A program made the translations under genes and the position numbers. A DNA stretch of 64,000 bases from contig JANQPV010000004.1 of assembly GCA_028285305.1 (NCBI GenBank), forward strand, positions 152,605 through 216,604. Direction: 5' to 3'. Numbering within the stretch: the first letter of the stretch is position 1; every line of letters begins with the position of its first letter. Below the pieces are notes generated by a model. That model saw only the letters and a list, made by a program, of their open reading frames with translations, did no database searches and was not told the origin of the DNA. This document shows, in pieces, positions 20,104 to 28,236 of the stretch. Source of the stretch: Alphaproteobacteria bacterium. Its GTDB lineage: Bacteria > Pseudomonadota > Alphaproteobacteria > SMXP01.

Positions 20104-20208
20104 GCGGTGGCTAGAAAGGACGTATACAGAAAGTCTTGTCGCAACAGACTGCGACCTTTGCCCGAAGGTGAACGCGGCGCGGTGGACGAGTGTATTCGCC
20201 AGCTAACC

Positions 20209-20320
20209 TCACCCCACCGTTTCATTCACACTCTTGTTCGGCATATCGAGAGCCCCCTCGAACGGTCCAAAGAGAAGAGTCTCGTTGGGGCTGGCAGGTA
20301 TCGTAAGGCGCTGATAGTTG
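20209..20320 (-). pseudogene. Orphan 3'-terminal fragment of a Rieske-oxygenase gene (echo of 23782-23873)
   Basis: Conceptual minus-strand translation ends ...NETLLFGPFEGALDMPNKSVNETVG-stop. The intact gene ends ...NEDLLFGRFEGALDTLNQCVNEMVG-stop. That is 18 of 25 residues identical with aligned stop codons. My hand nucleotide alignment gives 63/87 identities. Confidence 0.7.
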
Positions 20321-20324
20321 AGGG

Positions 20325-22442
20325 TTATTCGTTGCCGCGTGGCTTCAACGGATAGAATTGAACGAAATTAATAAGTGAGGCGAAACATCCTGAGCAGTTT
20401 CCGATGACAGAACTTCCCCCTGATTGGTGCGAGTCGGATGACTCGGTTTTTGAGATCGCAACACCAAACAATAGATTCCGCAAATGCTTCGCCGGCACGA
20501 AATTTTGGCCCATCGCACGCTGGTAGTATGCTAAAGCGCTTGCCTCCTCCTTCTGAATCGAACCAAACCCGAAATGATATAGGAGGCCCATCAAGGTCAG
20601 TGCGCCTGGATCGTTAGCCATGGATGCTTGTTGAAGCAGCCTTACAATTTCCTGTTCAACATCGTCCACATCGTCCACATCAACCCAGTACCTGGCATCC
20701 CCTAACCGCAAAAAATGCTCCAGGTAGAATGATGCCAATAGGGATTGGGCACGAGGGTTCCCATCGTGAGCGAGCACCTTCGTCTGCTGACTTATCAACA
20801 TGAGCGATTCACGAGTGAACGGGGCTCTTTCAGCGCCATGCAAATGGCCCAAATCAATGACGCTTCGGGCTTCTTTCAGCAATTGACTGCCCCAGTACGT
20901 GACCGAGCTATTGGGGCGGACGAGTCCGGGCAAGCCGATAGCAAAGGAATAATTTACCAAAGTCTGTGCACGTACATTGCCAGCATAGGCTCCGATGATC
21001 AGCAGGTCTTCTTTCCCCAGAGACCAAACCTGGAGATCACGCAAAACATCTTCCACCTGCTTATTGATCCATTCATAATCGCGGATGGAGTTTAAGTCTG
21101 ACATCAGTTCGCGAAGCTCGCTCATATTCCGCTTCGCATGGTCCAGGTCTTCGAAACGCGTAAGGGAATACATTCTAAAGTACAAGTCATCTGAAAGATA
21201 TCCAGTGGGAACAAAACCGAAGATGGTTTGATATTCAATCAGTGCACTAATATAGTCCAGGGTGACGAATTCGGTTGCGCTTGCTTCCATCAGCCCAAGG
21301 TCTCGCAACGCCAAGATTGTGGTGCCAATCTTTTCTTCTGATAAGTCTTCCAGAGAGCCGAAAACGAAACCCACAGCCGCCGCAGGATCTTCATTGACCA
21401 GGGGTTGGAAAGGCTTGCTAAACGCAATGTCGATGCGATCTACAAACTCAGCATTCACCCATGTGTCGGGCGGCAAGCTCGACTCCGCCGTGAGTTGAGC
21501 AAGCGCGCGAACCAGTCCGTCATCAAACACACCGTCCACCGGACCTTCGAAATAGCCCAAGGTTATCAGCTGTCCTTCTAGTCGGCTCACATAGCCCTCG
21601 ACAAACCTTCGAAGCCCGTCCAGAACAATACGGTAATAGACGATCCGGTTTTGGATGGCCTGTGGAGATCCTCTGCGGAGTTCCTCCATGTCGTCCTGAT
21701 GCAAAAAATCTAGGGCCGACCGGGTCGACAACTCTAACTTTTGAAGTGGTTGGTCTCGAAAATCAGAGTCTTCCGGACTCCAAGAGCCTACTTCTACCAG
21801 GTCATCCACGACAGTCTGAGACCTGGAAGCGAATCGGGCGTAATAAAATTCGCCTTCTGGAAAGAAGGAAAAAACATAGTCGCCGATGCAATTTGTGGCC
21901 CTTTGGACTTGATCGGAATCGGGAAAGTTTTTCAGATAGCGGATTGCTTGGAGCGCTCCCTGCTCCGAAAGTTCGTGACAGCCGTATTCCGTCCAGACTA
22001 ATTCATGAGTCTTGAGCAGGTTTTCTTGGGACTGAATTGCGATGTATCCAACCAACAGCAATGTTGTCAAAAGAAGGCCGGTGACAAGTCCCATAGGCGA
22101 GATATTAAGGTGCTCGCTAAACTCATCGACAGGGGAGACCGCTCTCTTGGTGATTGAGGCGACATAACCTGACATGTCATCATCCAAATCACTAAGCCTT
22201 AAAACCCTTCCGGAGATTGCTCTCAAAAAAAGTAAGGGTTTAAGGGCAATGGCGGTTGCTAGGTGCAAGAGAGCAAGTTGGACAATAAGCGGGGCAGCTT
22301 GGAATACGAAAATCCGCCCCATGTCCGTCGGAATAGCAAGCAAAGCGCCAATTAGTGCAACGATAGCGCCCGCTATTGCCGAAAGAATAACAGTATGCAG
22401 AACGATCCGTATAACGGAAGTCTTGCGATAATAAGAGATCAC
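20325..22442 (-). CDS. Membrane protein with two peptidoglycan-binding-like modules and C-terminal Sel1-like repeats (third gene of TIR operon)
   Basis: 705 aa. Three N-terminal hydrophobic helices. QLITLGYFEGPVDGVFDDGLVRALAQL and ILALRDLGLM...ALIEYQTIFGFVPTGYLSDDLYFRM resemble PG_binding_1. Sel1-like repeats are present (GNPRAQSLLASFYLEH; NDPGALTLMGLLYHFGFGSIQKEEASALAYYQRA). The GTG start overlaps the upstream stop (GTGA). Confidence 0.65.
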   Translation of the reverse strand: MISYYRKTSVIRIVLHTVILSAIAGAIVALIGALLAIPTDMGRIFVFQAAPLIVQLALLHLATAIALKPLLFLRAISGRVLRLSDLDDDMSGYVASITKRAVSPVDEFSEHLNISPMGLVTGLLLTTLLLVGYIAIQSQENLLKTHELVWTEYGCHELSEQGALQAIRYLKNFPDSDQVQRATNCIGDYVFSFFPEGEFYYARFASRSQTVVDDLVEVGSWSPEDSDFRDQPLQKLELSTRSALDFLHQDDMEELRRGSPQAIQNRIVYYRIVLDGLRRFVEGYVSRLEGQLITLGYFEGPVDGVFDDGLVRALAQLTAESSLPPDTWVNAEFVDRIDIAFSKPFQPLVNEDPAAAVGFVFGSLEDLSEEKIGTTILALRDLGLMEASATEFVTLDYISALIEYQTIFGFVPTGYLSDDLYFRMYSLTRFEDLDHAKRNMSELRELMSDLNSIRDYEWINKQVEDVLRDLQVWSLGKEDLLIIGAYAGNVRAQTLVNYSFAIGLPGLVRPNSSVTYWGSQLLKEARSVIDLGHLHGAERAPFTRESLMLISQQTKVLAHDGNPRAQSLLASFYLEHFLRLGDARYWVDVDDVDDVEQEIVRLLQQASMANDPGALTLMGLLYHFGFGSIQKEEASALAYYQRAMGQNFVPAKHLRNLLFGVAISKTESSDSHQSGGSSVIGNCSGCFASLINFVQFYPLKPRGNE

Positions 22443-22681
22443 TTAAGGGTTTCCGATATACGGCGAAGGGCTTTCGAGATCGTACTGAACTCGGATAGGA
22501 TGGCGATTATGAACAAGCCAACAACGATAACGGAAAAACAAGCGACTCCTGCGCCGGCAAAACCCTCCAGGTTTTCGGGAAACAAATCCAGTCCGAGGGC
22601 AAACTGAATGAAAACAAAACACCAAAATAGAACATAGAGTATGATGGCTCTGATAGCGATTTGGGAGTAGTCAATCTTCAT
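22439..22681 (-). CDS. 80-aa two-TM protein (second gene of TIR operon)
   Basis: Two hydrophobic helices (AIILYVLFWCFVFIQFALGL; VACFSVIVVGLFIIAIL). Its ATG overlaps the TIR gene stop (ATGA at 22678-22681), and its own stop overlaps the next gene's start. Confidence 0.55.
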   Translation of the reverse strand: MKIDYSQIAIRAIILYVLFWCFVFIQFALGLDLFPENLEGFAGAGVACFSVIVVGLFIIAILSEFSTISKALRRISETLK

Positions 22682-23361
22682 TGCTTTGCCTTTTGATCAT
22701 TCTGGCGAGAAAAAAACAATCTGCCAACGGAGTATATTCTCCAAAAGATAACCAGAGTCAGAGCGGTCATTGCGCCCACAACCAGCTGACTTTCGGAAAT
22801 CAAGGGAGAGCCGCCCTCTCCGGGAGATCCAGTCATGTCTAAGGCATCTCGAATGATTTGCGAGGTGTCACTTCCCGCAGCGACCGCAATTCCCACCAGA
22901 AGGAACAAACTCAAGGAAATGACCGCCGATTCAAAGAAGAGGCGCTCAAAAATCGAGTGTGATCGCTGAGTTCGTTCGACAGGGACATCTATTTTCTGAA
23001 TGAAGTGTCCCAGTGCGGAGCTCAGACCCTCCCAATCCCCCCACCTTAACGCGTTAAGACTGCGAAACCCCAATGGGAGATCGTTTGGCGACAGATCTTT
23101 GGCCAGGACCTGAATCAATTTCTCGTTTTCCATCGCCAGCTCGGCTTCGTCGCGTACAAAAGAGCTTTGGATGGAGCTGGAAGTCCAAATTACAATCGCT
23201 GCTTTCGACTGATTCAGTTGAGCTGCAATTTCATCTCGAAAATCCCGAGGCCCGATGTGGTCATCCCACCAGACAGTGAGCCCGGCCCGTTCTAAGAAAG
23301 CGACAAGTTGTTGCAAATAGATTTGATCAGAACGCGTGTAGCTTACAAATACATCTGCCAC
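22678..23361 (-). CDS. TIR-domain protein with C-terminal double TM anchor (first gene of operon)
   Basis: DVFVSYTRSDQIYLQQLVAFLERAGLTVWWDDHIGPRDFRDEIAAQLNQSKAAIVIWTSSSIQSSFVRDEAELAME follows the bacterial TIR_2 pattern, including a Glu at the usual catalytic position. Two C-terminal helices (AVISLSLFLLVGIAVAAG; LVVGAMTALTLVIFWRIY). The likely start is GTG 23361 (GAGGG 4 nt upstream). The ORF-track start is TTG 23382. Confidence 0.8.
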   Translation of the reverse strand: MADVFVSYTRSDQIYLQQLVAFLERAGLTVWWDDHIGPRDFRDEIAAQLNQSKAAIVIWTSSSIQSSFVRDEAELAMENEKLIQVLAKDLSPNDLPLGFRSLNALRWGDWEGLSSALGHFIQKIDVPVERTQRSHSIFERLFFESAVISLSLFLLVGIAVAAGSDTSQIIRDALDMTGSPGEGGSPLISESQLVVGAMTALTLVIFWRIYSVGRLFFSRQNDQKAKQ

Positions 23362-23781
23362 TTTACCCTCTTTGGGAACCAATCAATCTTGGATTCTTCG
23401 ATGACGCTTTTACCCTATTTCACAATTCAGTGCGTTAGAAGGGTGCCTGGGTCGAGGGATTCTCATCTCCAATTAAGTGATCAAATTGCAAGTTCTAATA
23501 GAAGCCGGCAAAGCTCAACACTTGATGTGAATTGGCGAGTAAAATGCGAAAACAATATGGTTTCGGTGCAACATCCTCCCATTGAGCGCTTTGGGCCGAA
23601 AAATGGGGCACCTCGCTTGGTGGGAAAGGAGATGCTCGAAGTCTTCTTCCGAACCGCTTCAGCTGGAAAATAGCACGCAAACCGTGACGCTCGACTTGCA
23701 AGCTTGGTTTTGGCATCCCGAAATAAGGGAATCAGACTCTCTCGTTTCTCTCTCAAACTGCTGCTGCGCGAGCCAACCCAT

Positions 23782-24924
23782 TCACCCCACCATCTCATTC
23801 ACACATTGGTTGAGCGTATCGAGCGCCCCTTCAAATCGGCCGAAAAGGAGGTCCTCATTGGCGCCGGACGTCAGGCCTGATTGAATGGACTCACCGATCT
23901 CGAAATCTTCCCGAAGCGTATTCATGGTAATCCGATGATTGCGTTTCCAGTGAGTGTCGTCTTTACCCTCCGCCAGCGGACCATCTGTCGGCACCAGCGT
24001 CGCGAGCCGCAATTGTGTTTCGCCCGGCTCAATGGGTTCAATGGCAATCATGATCAGATGATCTTGCTGCACCAGCATCTGGAACGTCGGAAAGAGCGTG
24101 TAGATCACATTCGCCCGGTCGAGCAGCCGCCAGTCCGCTTGCGGCATCTCCTTGAAGCCCGCCATGCTGGACCGCGGCAGGACCGAGCGCAGATGCGGCC
24201 CGAACTCTTGATAGCTCGAGAGATTGTCCTCGAAGTGGGGGCCGATGGTCGCCCGGTGCGCGATCTTGAAGTGATAGGCCTCAATTCCCCCCTCCATCAG
24301 GATCTTCCAGTTGGCCTTGCAGAGGAGGGTGTCTTCGGCGGCAATCTTCATACGGTCGATCTGGAGTGCCGCGATCTCCGGCCCGAGGCCCTCTAGATAG
24401 GTGTCCAAGTCCGTCGGCGTCTCTGCGTCCGCTTCTACCCAAATGAAGCCAAAGCGCTCCTGGCACGCCAGTTCCTTTAGATTCAAAGACGACTTATCCA
24501 GATCGGGAAACCCCTCCGCCAGATGGGGCGCTGCTAAGAGCCGACCGTCGCTGCCGTAGGTCCAGGCGTGATAGGGGCAGGAAAACCGGTGGGCGCATCC
24601 AGATGCGTCGTCGACCAGCCGGGTCCCTCGGTGCCGGCACACATTGAGGAATGCGTGTACGGCGCCGTCCTTGTCTCGGGTGAGAAGAAGAGGCTGGCCC
24701 GCAAAGTCCTTGCGCACGAAGTCACCCGGCTCCGCCAACTCACTCGCATGACACATAATTTTCGGTAGCTTACGGAAGATCTTGTCCCGCTCTTCGGCGA
24801 AGCGCTCCTCGCTGGTATAGTGCCATGTGGGATTGCGCGTCACCGCGTCATCGAGATAGGCCGAGCCGGCCGCTTTCAAACCCAGAAGTTCTTCGATCAG
24901 TCCAATTTCCGTTTGTTTGTCCAT
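23782..24924 (-). CDS. Rieske [2Fe-2S] aromatic-ring-hydroxylating oxygenase, alpha subunit
   Basis: CRHRGTRLV...CPYHAW Rieske motif, plus the catalytic-domain His pair EAYHFKIAH. Confidence 0.9.
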   Translation of the reverse strand: MDKQTEIGLIEELLGLKAAGSAYLDDAVTRNPTWHYTSEERFAEERDKIFRKLPKIMCHASELAEPGDFVRKDFAGQPLLLTRDKDGAVHAFLNVCRHRGTRLVDDASGCAHRFSCPYHAWTYGSDGRLLAAPHLAEGFPDLDKSSLNLKELACQERFGFIWVEADAETPTDLDTYLEGLGPEIAALQIDRMKIAAEDTLLCKANWKILMEGGIEAYHFKIAHRATIGPHFEDNLSSYQEFGPHLRSVLPRSSMAGFKEMPQADWRLLDRANVIYTLFPTFQMLVQQDHLIMIAIEPIEPGETQLRLATLVPTDGPLAEGKDDTHWKRNHRITMNTLREDFEIGESIQSGLTSGANEDLLFGRFEGALDTLNQCVNEMVG

Positions 24925-24935
24925 GATCCCTCTCC

Positions 24936-25820
24936 TCAGCCGAGTTCGCTGCGCTTGCGCGGATGTTCGGCCACGGGCGCCTGACTATAATCGTTGAACG
25001 GACCGTCCCGCTTGATCACCGCCGCCTTCACGCCTTCGCTTGCGGCCAGCCGCACAAAGTCGCGGCCTTCCGGCGTATTGCGCATAATCCCGTCGAGGAT
25101 GGGACCCAGAGTTTGCGTACTTTGGAGCCCCATATTGTCATAGGTCTGATTAACGATAAGCTTCATGGACGTGAGTTGGGTGAGCGGTATGCTTGCCAAT
25201 TTCTCCGCCTCCGTCTGCACGCGGGCGTCCAGATCCTCCAAGGGGACGGCGAAGTTGATGAGCTCGATGTCGGCGGCTTCTTTGCCGCTCACCCATTCCC
25301 CGGTCAGCGCGTAGTATTTCGCTTTGGCAAGGCCAAGCCGGTAAACCCACATGCCGGTCAGGTGACAGCCCCAGACCCGGGAGTAGGGGGTGCCAAGCCG
25401 CGCGTCTTCAGACGCGATGACAATATCCCCGCACAGCGCCAGTTCCGAGCCGCCACCCACGCAATAGCCATGCACTTTAGTGATGACGGGCTTGAGCCCG
25501 CGCCACAATCCCATGAACACGTTAATGTAAGAGGTATACGGATTAGCTACGCCATAGACGTCCATGCCGGGGTCGTAGCCTTCTTCTTTGATGTTGCCGT
25601 AATGCTCGAGACCGTCGGAGAAGTCGAACCCGCCGCAGAAGCTGTCACCGGCGCCTTCCAGAATGATAACTTTGATCTCTTTGTCCCGGTTGGCGTCCCG
25701 GAGCGCCGCATCCAGTCCCTGAATGACTTCATACCTCAGCGTGTTGTACTTCTCAGGACGGTTCAGCGTGATGGTGGCGATGGCGCCCTCTTTTGCGTAT
25801 TTCACTTCGGTCTCGGTCAT
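24936..25820 (-). CDS. Enoyl-CoA hydratase/isomerase (crotonase) family protein
   Basis: ITLNRPEKYN, GAGDSFCGGFDF oxyanion-hole region. Trimmed to ATG 25818-25820. Lies 11 nt upstream of the Rieske gene, so they probably form an operon. Confidence 0.85.
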   Translation of the reverse strand: MTETEVKYAKEGAIATITLNRPEKYNTLRYEVIQGLDAALRDANRDKEIKVIILEGAGDSFCGGFDFSDGLEHYGNIKEEGYDPGMDVYGVANPYTSYINVFMGLWRGLKPVITKVHGYCVGGGSELALCGDIVIASEDARLGTPYSRVWGCHLTGMWVYRLGLAKAKYYALTGEWVSGKEAADIELINFAVPLEDLDARVQTEAEKLASIPLTQLTSMKLIVNQTYDNMGLQSTQTLGPILDGIMRNTPEGRDFVRLAASEGVKAAVIKRDGPFNDYSQAPVAEHPRKRSELG

Positions 25821-25860
25821 GGCCTGTTCCTCCAATTGGTTGACACTGGTCTCGATACGT

Positions 25861-25900
25861 CTTACCGATTGGTAAGACTGTATACTTACCGATCGGTAAG
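25861..25900. promoter_or_regulatory. Two tandem 16-bp palindromes CTTACCGAT(T/C)GGTAAG, candidate TetR operators
   Basis: 25861-25876 and 25885-25900, separated by ACTGTATA. They lie in the 106-bp divergent region between the crotonase-Rieske operon and the TetR gene. Confidence 0.6.
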
Positions 25901-25926
25901 GTGTCAACAGACAAAGGGACCTGACA

Positions 25927-26529
25927 TTGAGCGAAACCCGGGAACAGTTTTTGGATGCCGCCGAAGCGCTATTCGCCGACAAGGGCTTTTACGGGGTCAG
26001 CATTGCTAACATCGCCGACGAGCTCGGCCTGACGAAGCAGGCGCTTCTCCACCACTTTACCAGCAAAGAAAAGCTCTACGGCGAGGTGCTCAAGCGGATC
26101 TCGGACCATTTTGACCAGTTGGTCGACGAGGCGCGCGCTTCGGCCGCGGAACCGGCGGATCAACTCAAACGTTTTCTCTTGAGTTTATGCGCCCGTCCGC
26201 CGGGCGACACCGCCGGCACACGCTTACTCATGCGCGAGCTTTTGGATAATAAACGCCGCGCCGATACGGCGGGAACGTGGTATTTGAAGCCTTTCTTGGA
26301 GGCACTCACCGACATGGTCAAAGCCGTACCGGGCTGGGAGCGGGCGTCACCGGCCGAGGCTTTAGCCCTTGGCTATCAGTTGTTGGGAGCGATCACCTAC
26401 TTTGCGGTTTCGGGCCCGACGCTTAAGGGTATCTATGGCGCCAGCGACTATGAGGCGCTGGCGGAGGCGTTTCCTGACCAGTTGCAATACGTCATTGATG
26501 CGGCCCTTACCAGCCCTCGATCGAGATAA
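25927..26529 (+). CDS. TetR-family transcriptional regulator
   Basis: TetR HTH (FLDAAEALFADKGFYGVSIANIADELGLTKQALLHHF). TTG start. Confidence 0.85.
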   Translation: MSETREQFLDAAEALFADKGFYGVSIANIADELGLTKQALLHHFTSKEKLYGEVLKRISDHFDQLVDEARASAAEPADQLKRFLLSLCARPPGDTAGTRLLMRELLDNKRRADTAGTWYLKPFLEALTDMVKAVPGWERASPAEALALGYQLLGAITYFAVSGPTLKGIYGASDYEALAEAFPDQLQYVIDAALTSPRSR

Positions 26530-26627
26530 AGCCAGCCGCTTTAGGGCCTAATAAGGGGTCAGAACTCTTTACGCGCAAAAAATGCTGCCCTAGAGTGAAG
26601 GCGAGTCGGCTCACCAGGAATTACCCC

Positions 26628-27323
26628 ATGCCGCGCAAGCCTCGTTTCTTTATCCCAGGTATCCCGCTCCAAGTGGTCCAGCGGGGGCACAATCGCGCTC
26701 AAGTCTTCTTCGAGGACGAGGAGTACGAGACCTATCTTGCCTTCCTGGCCGAGGCGACCGAACGGTACGGCTGCGCCGTTCATGCTTATGTCTTGATGCC
26801 CCATCACATTCACCTCTTGGTGACGGCGCGCAAAGAGGGGGCGGTGAGCCGCATGATGCAGCATGTTGGATTGAAGTTCGTGCCTTACATAAACCGTGTG
26901 CGGGAAACGAGCGGAACCTTGTGGGAAGGCCGCTATCGCTCAAGTCTCGTGGACGATGCTTATCTTTTGAGCTGCATGCAGTACATCGAACTTGATCCCG
27001 TCCGGTCAAAAGTCGTGCGTACACCCACACAGTACAAATGGTCGAGTTACAGGGCCAATGCCCAAGGCCGCTCGGATCCTTTGGTAACGCCCCATGTAAT
27101 TTACGAGGGGCTGGGCCGCTCCGCGCCCGCGCGCCGGACCGCCTACAGAGCCCGCTTAAGAGACCGCCTAACGCCCGCGCAGCTCGACGAAATCACCGCT
27201 GCTTGGCAGACTGGAACGCCGCTGGGAGCTAGGAGTTTTCTGGACAAGGTCGAGCGCAAGCTCAAGCAAAAGGTGGGCTATGCCAAGCGCGGCCGTCCGC
27301 CGAAACGGACTGAAGTTCAATAA
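26628..27323 (+). mobile_element. REP-associated tyrosine transposase (RAYT; IS200/IS605-like Y1 transposase)
   Basis: HUH motif (MPHHIHLLV), catalytic-Tyr region LLSCMQYIELDPVRSKVV, and YKWSSYRAN, all typical of RAYT proteins. ATG 26628. Confidence 0.8.
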
Positions 27324-27512
27324 GCGAAAGAAAGACGGCGAGTCGATCTAGGGGAGACGTGCAGAGGTGTTTCTAGAATGCGCGCGAACATCTACTCAAT
27401 TCAGAAATAGCGAAACTTTCGTACGATTTGCTCGTCAGCCGAGGTGAAACCCCTCTTAACAAAGTATGAACCGCGCTCTGATAATGTGGTCACAAAGAAA
27501 GGAAGGCCGAAC

Positions 27513-27776
27513 ATGACCAATTTTCTTATTTCCGACGACAACCCGCAAGGGTACAAGCTGGAAGATATCCTGACCTCGATTCGAAACGACATTCTCTTTC
27601 GCGCGACAAAAATCATGGAAGATCGCCGGCCCGAAGCCGTGGCTGTGCTGAATAACAATATAAAGATTCTAGAGCACATGGCCGAATGCATCGCTTTGGC
27701 GGAGAGGAACACAAACCTCTTAGACAAGAGTTTTGGTCCTCCGCAGGCAGATCAGCCGCGAATCGGTGTGCTCTAG
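27513..27776 (+). CDS. Small conserved-looking hypothetical protein (87 aa)
   Basis: ATG 27513 preceded by AAAGGAAGG. Soluble, helical-looking sequence MTNFLISDDNPQGYKLEDILTSIRNDIL.... I cannot name a function. Confidence 0.5.
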   Translation: MTNFLISDDNPQGYKLEDILTSIRNDILFRATKIMEDRRPEAVAVLNNNIKILEHMAECIALAERNTNLLDKSFGPPQADQPRIGVL

Positions 27777-27825
27777 CTCCAGGATTTAGAACGACCCGGT
27801 CCACCGTCACTCATTGGGATGCGTC

Positions 27826-28041
27826 ATGAAGGTCCTGATCCTCGCGCTCTTCTTGCCGCTGGTTACACTCCACCTGTGGCTCATCTGTGCGAATTTTGTC
27901 GCGCCTACTGCAAAAAGCGGAAGTCTTTTGGACAACGCTATCCACAATTACGTCGCAGCTCCGGACCAAATAAAGGCGTTGTTCTGGCTGACCAGCGCCG
28001 GTGTTTTGATGCTCGCGGCCGCACTGCAATTAACGGTTTGA
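27826..28041 (+). CDS. Small two-TM hypothetical protein
   Basis: MKVLILALFLPLVTLHLWLI... plus a second helix ALFWLTSAGVLMLAAAL. Support comes only from hydrophobicity and position in the same-strand run. Confidence 0.3.
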   Translation: MKVLILALFLPLVTLHLWLICANFVAPTAKSGSLLDNAIHNYVAAPDQIKALFWLTSAGVLMLAAALQLTV

Positions 28042-28236
28042 GCTGACCGCCGGAGCCAATCCAACTGCCGCGGCGCAGCCTCTCACTCCCAATTCATCCA
28101 CATTGCGGCGCAATACCCTTCTTCAAAATTGAAGACTCGCGATTTCCCTCGCCCAGTGGGATAATGACGCCCAACCGCGGCGCTGAGACGTGCGCCCGGT
28201 CTGACGGTGTTCAAGAGGTTGGTTGGGAGAAATGCA

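Noticed and set aside
20107-20355. 82-aa plus-strand ORF between the membrane-protein gene and the 705-aa gene
   Set aside because: It runs antisense through the Rieske 3'-end echo, and the homology on the other strand explains the sequence.
24963-26009. 348-aa plus-strand ORF
   Set aside because: It is antisense to the crotonase gene and runs through the operator region into the TetR gene. Its composition is not protein-like.
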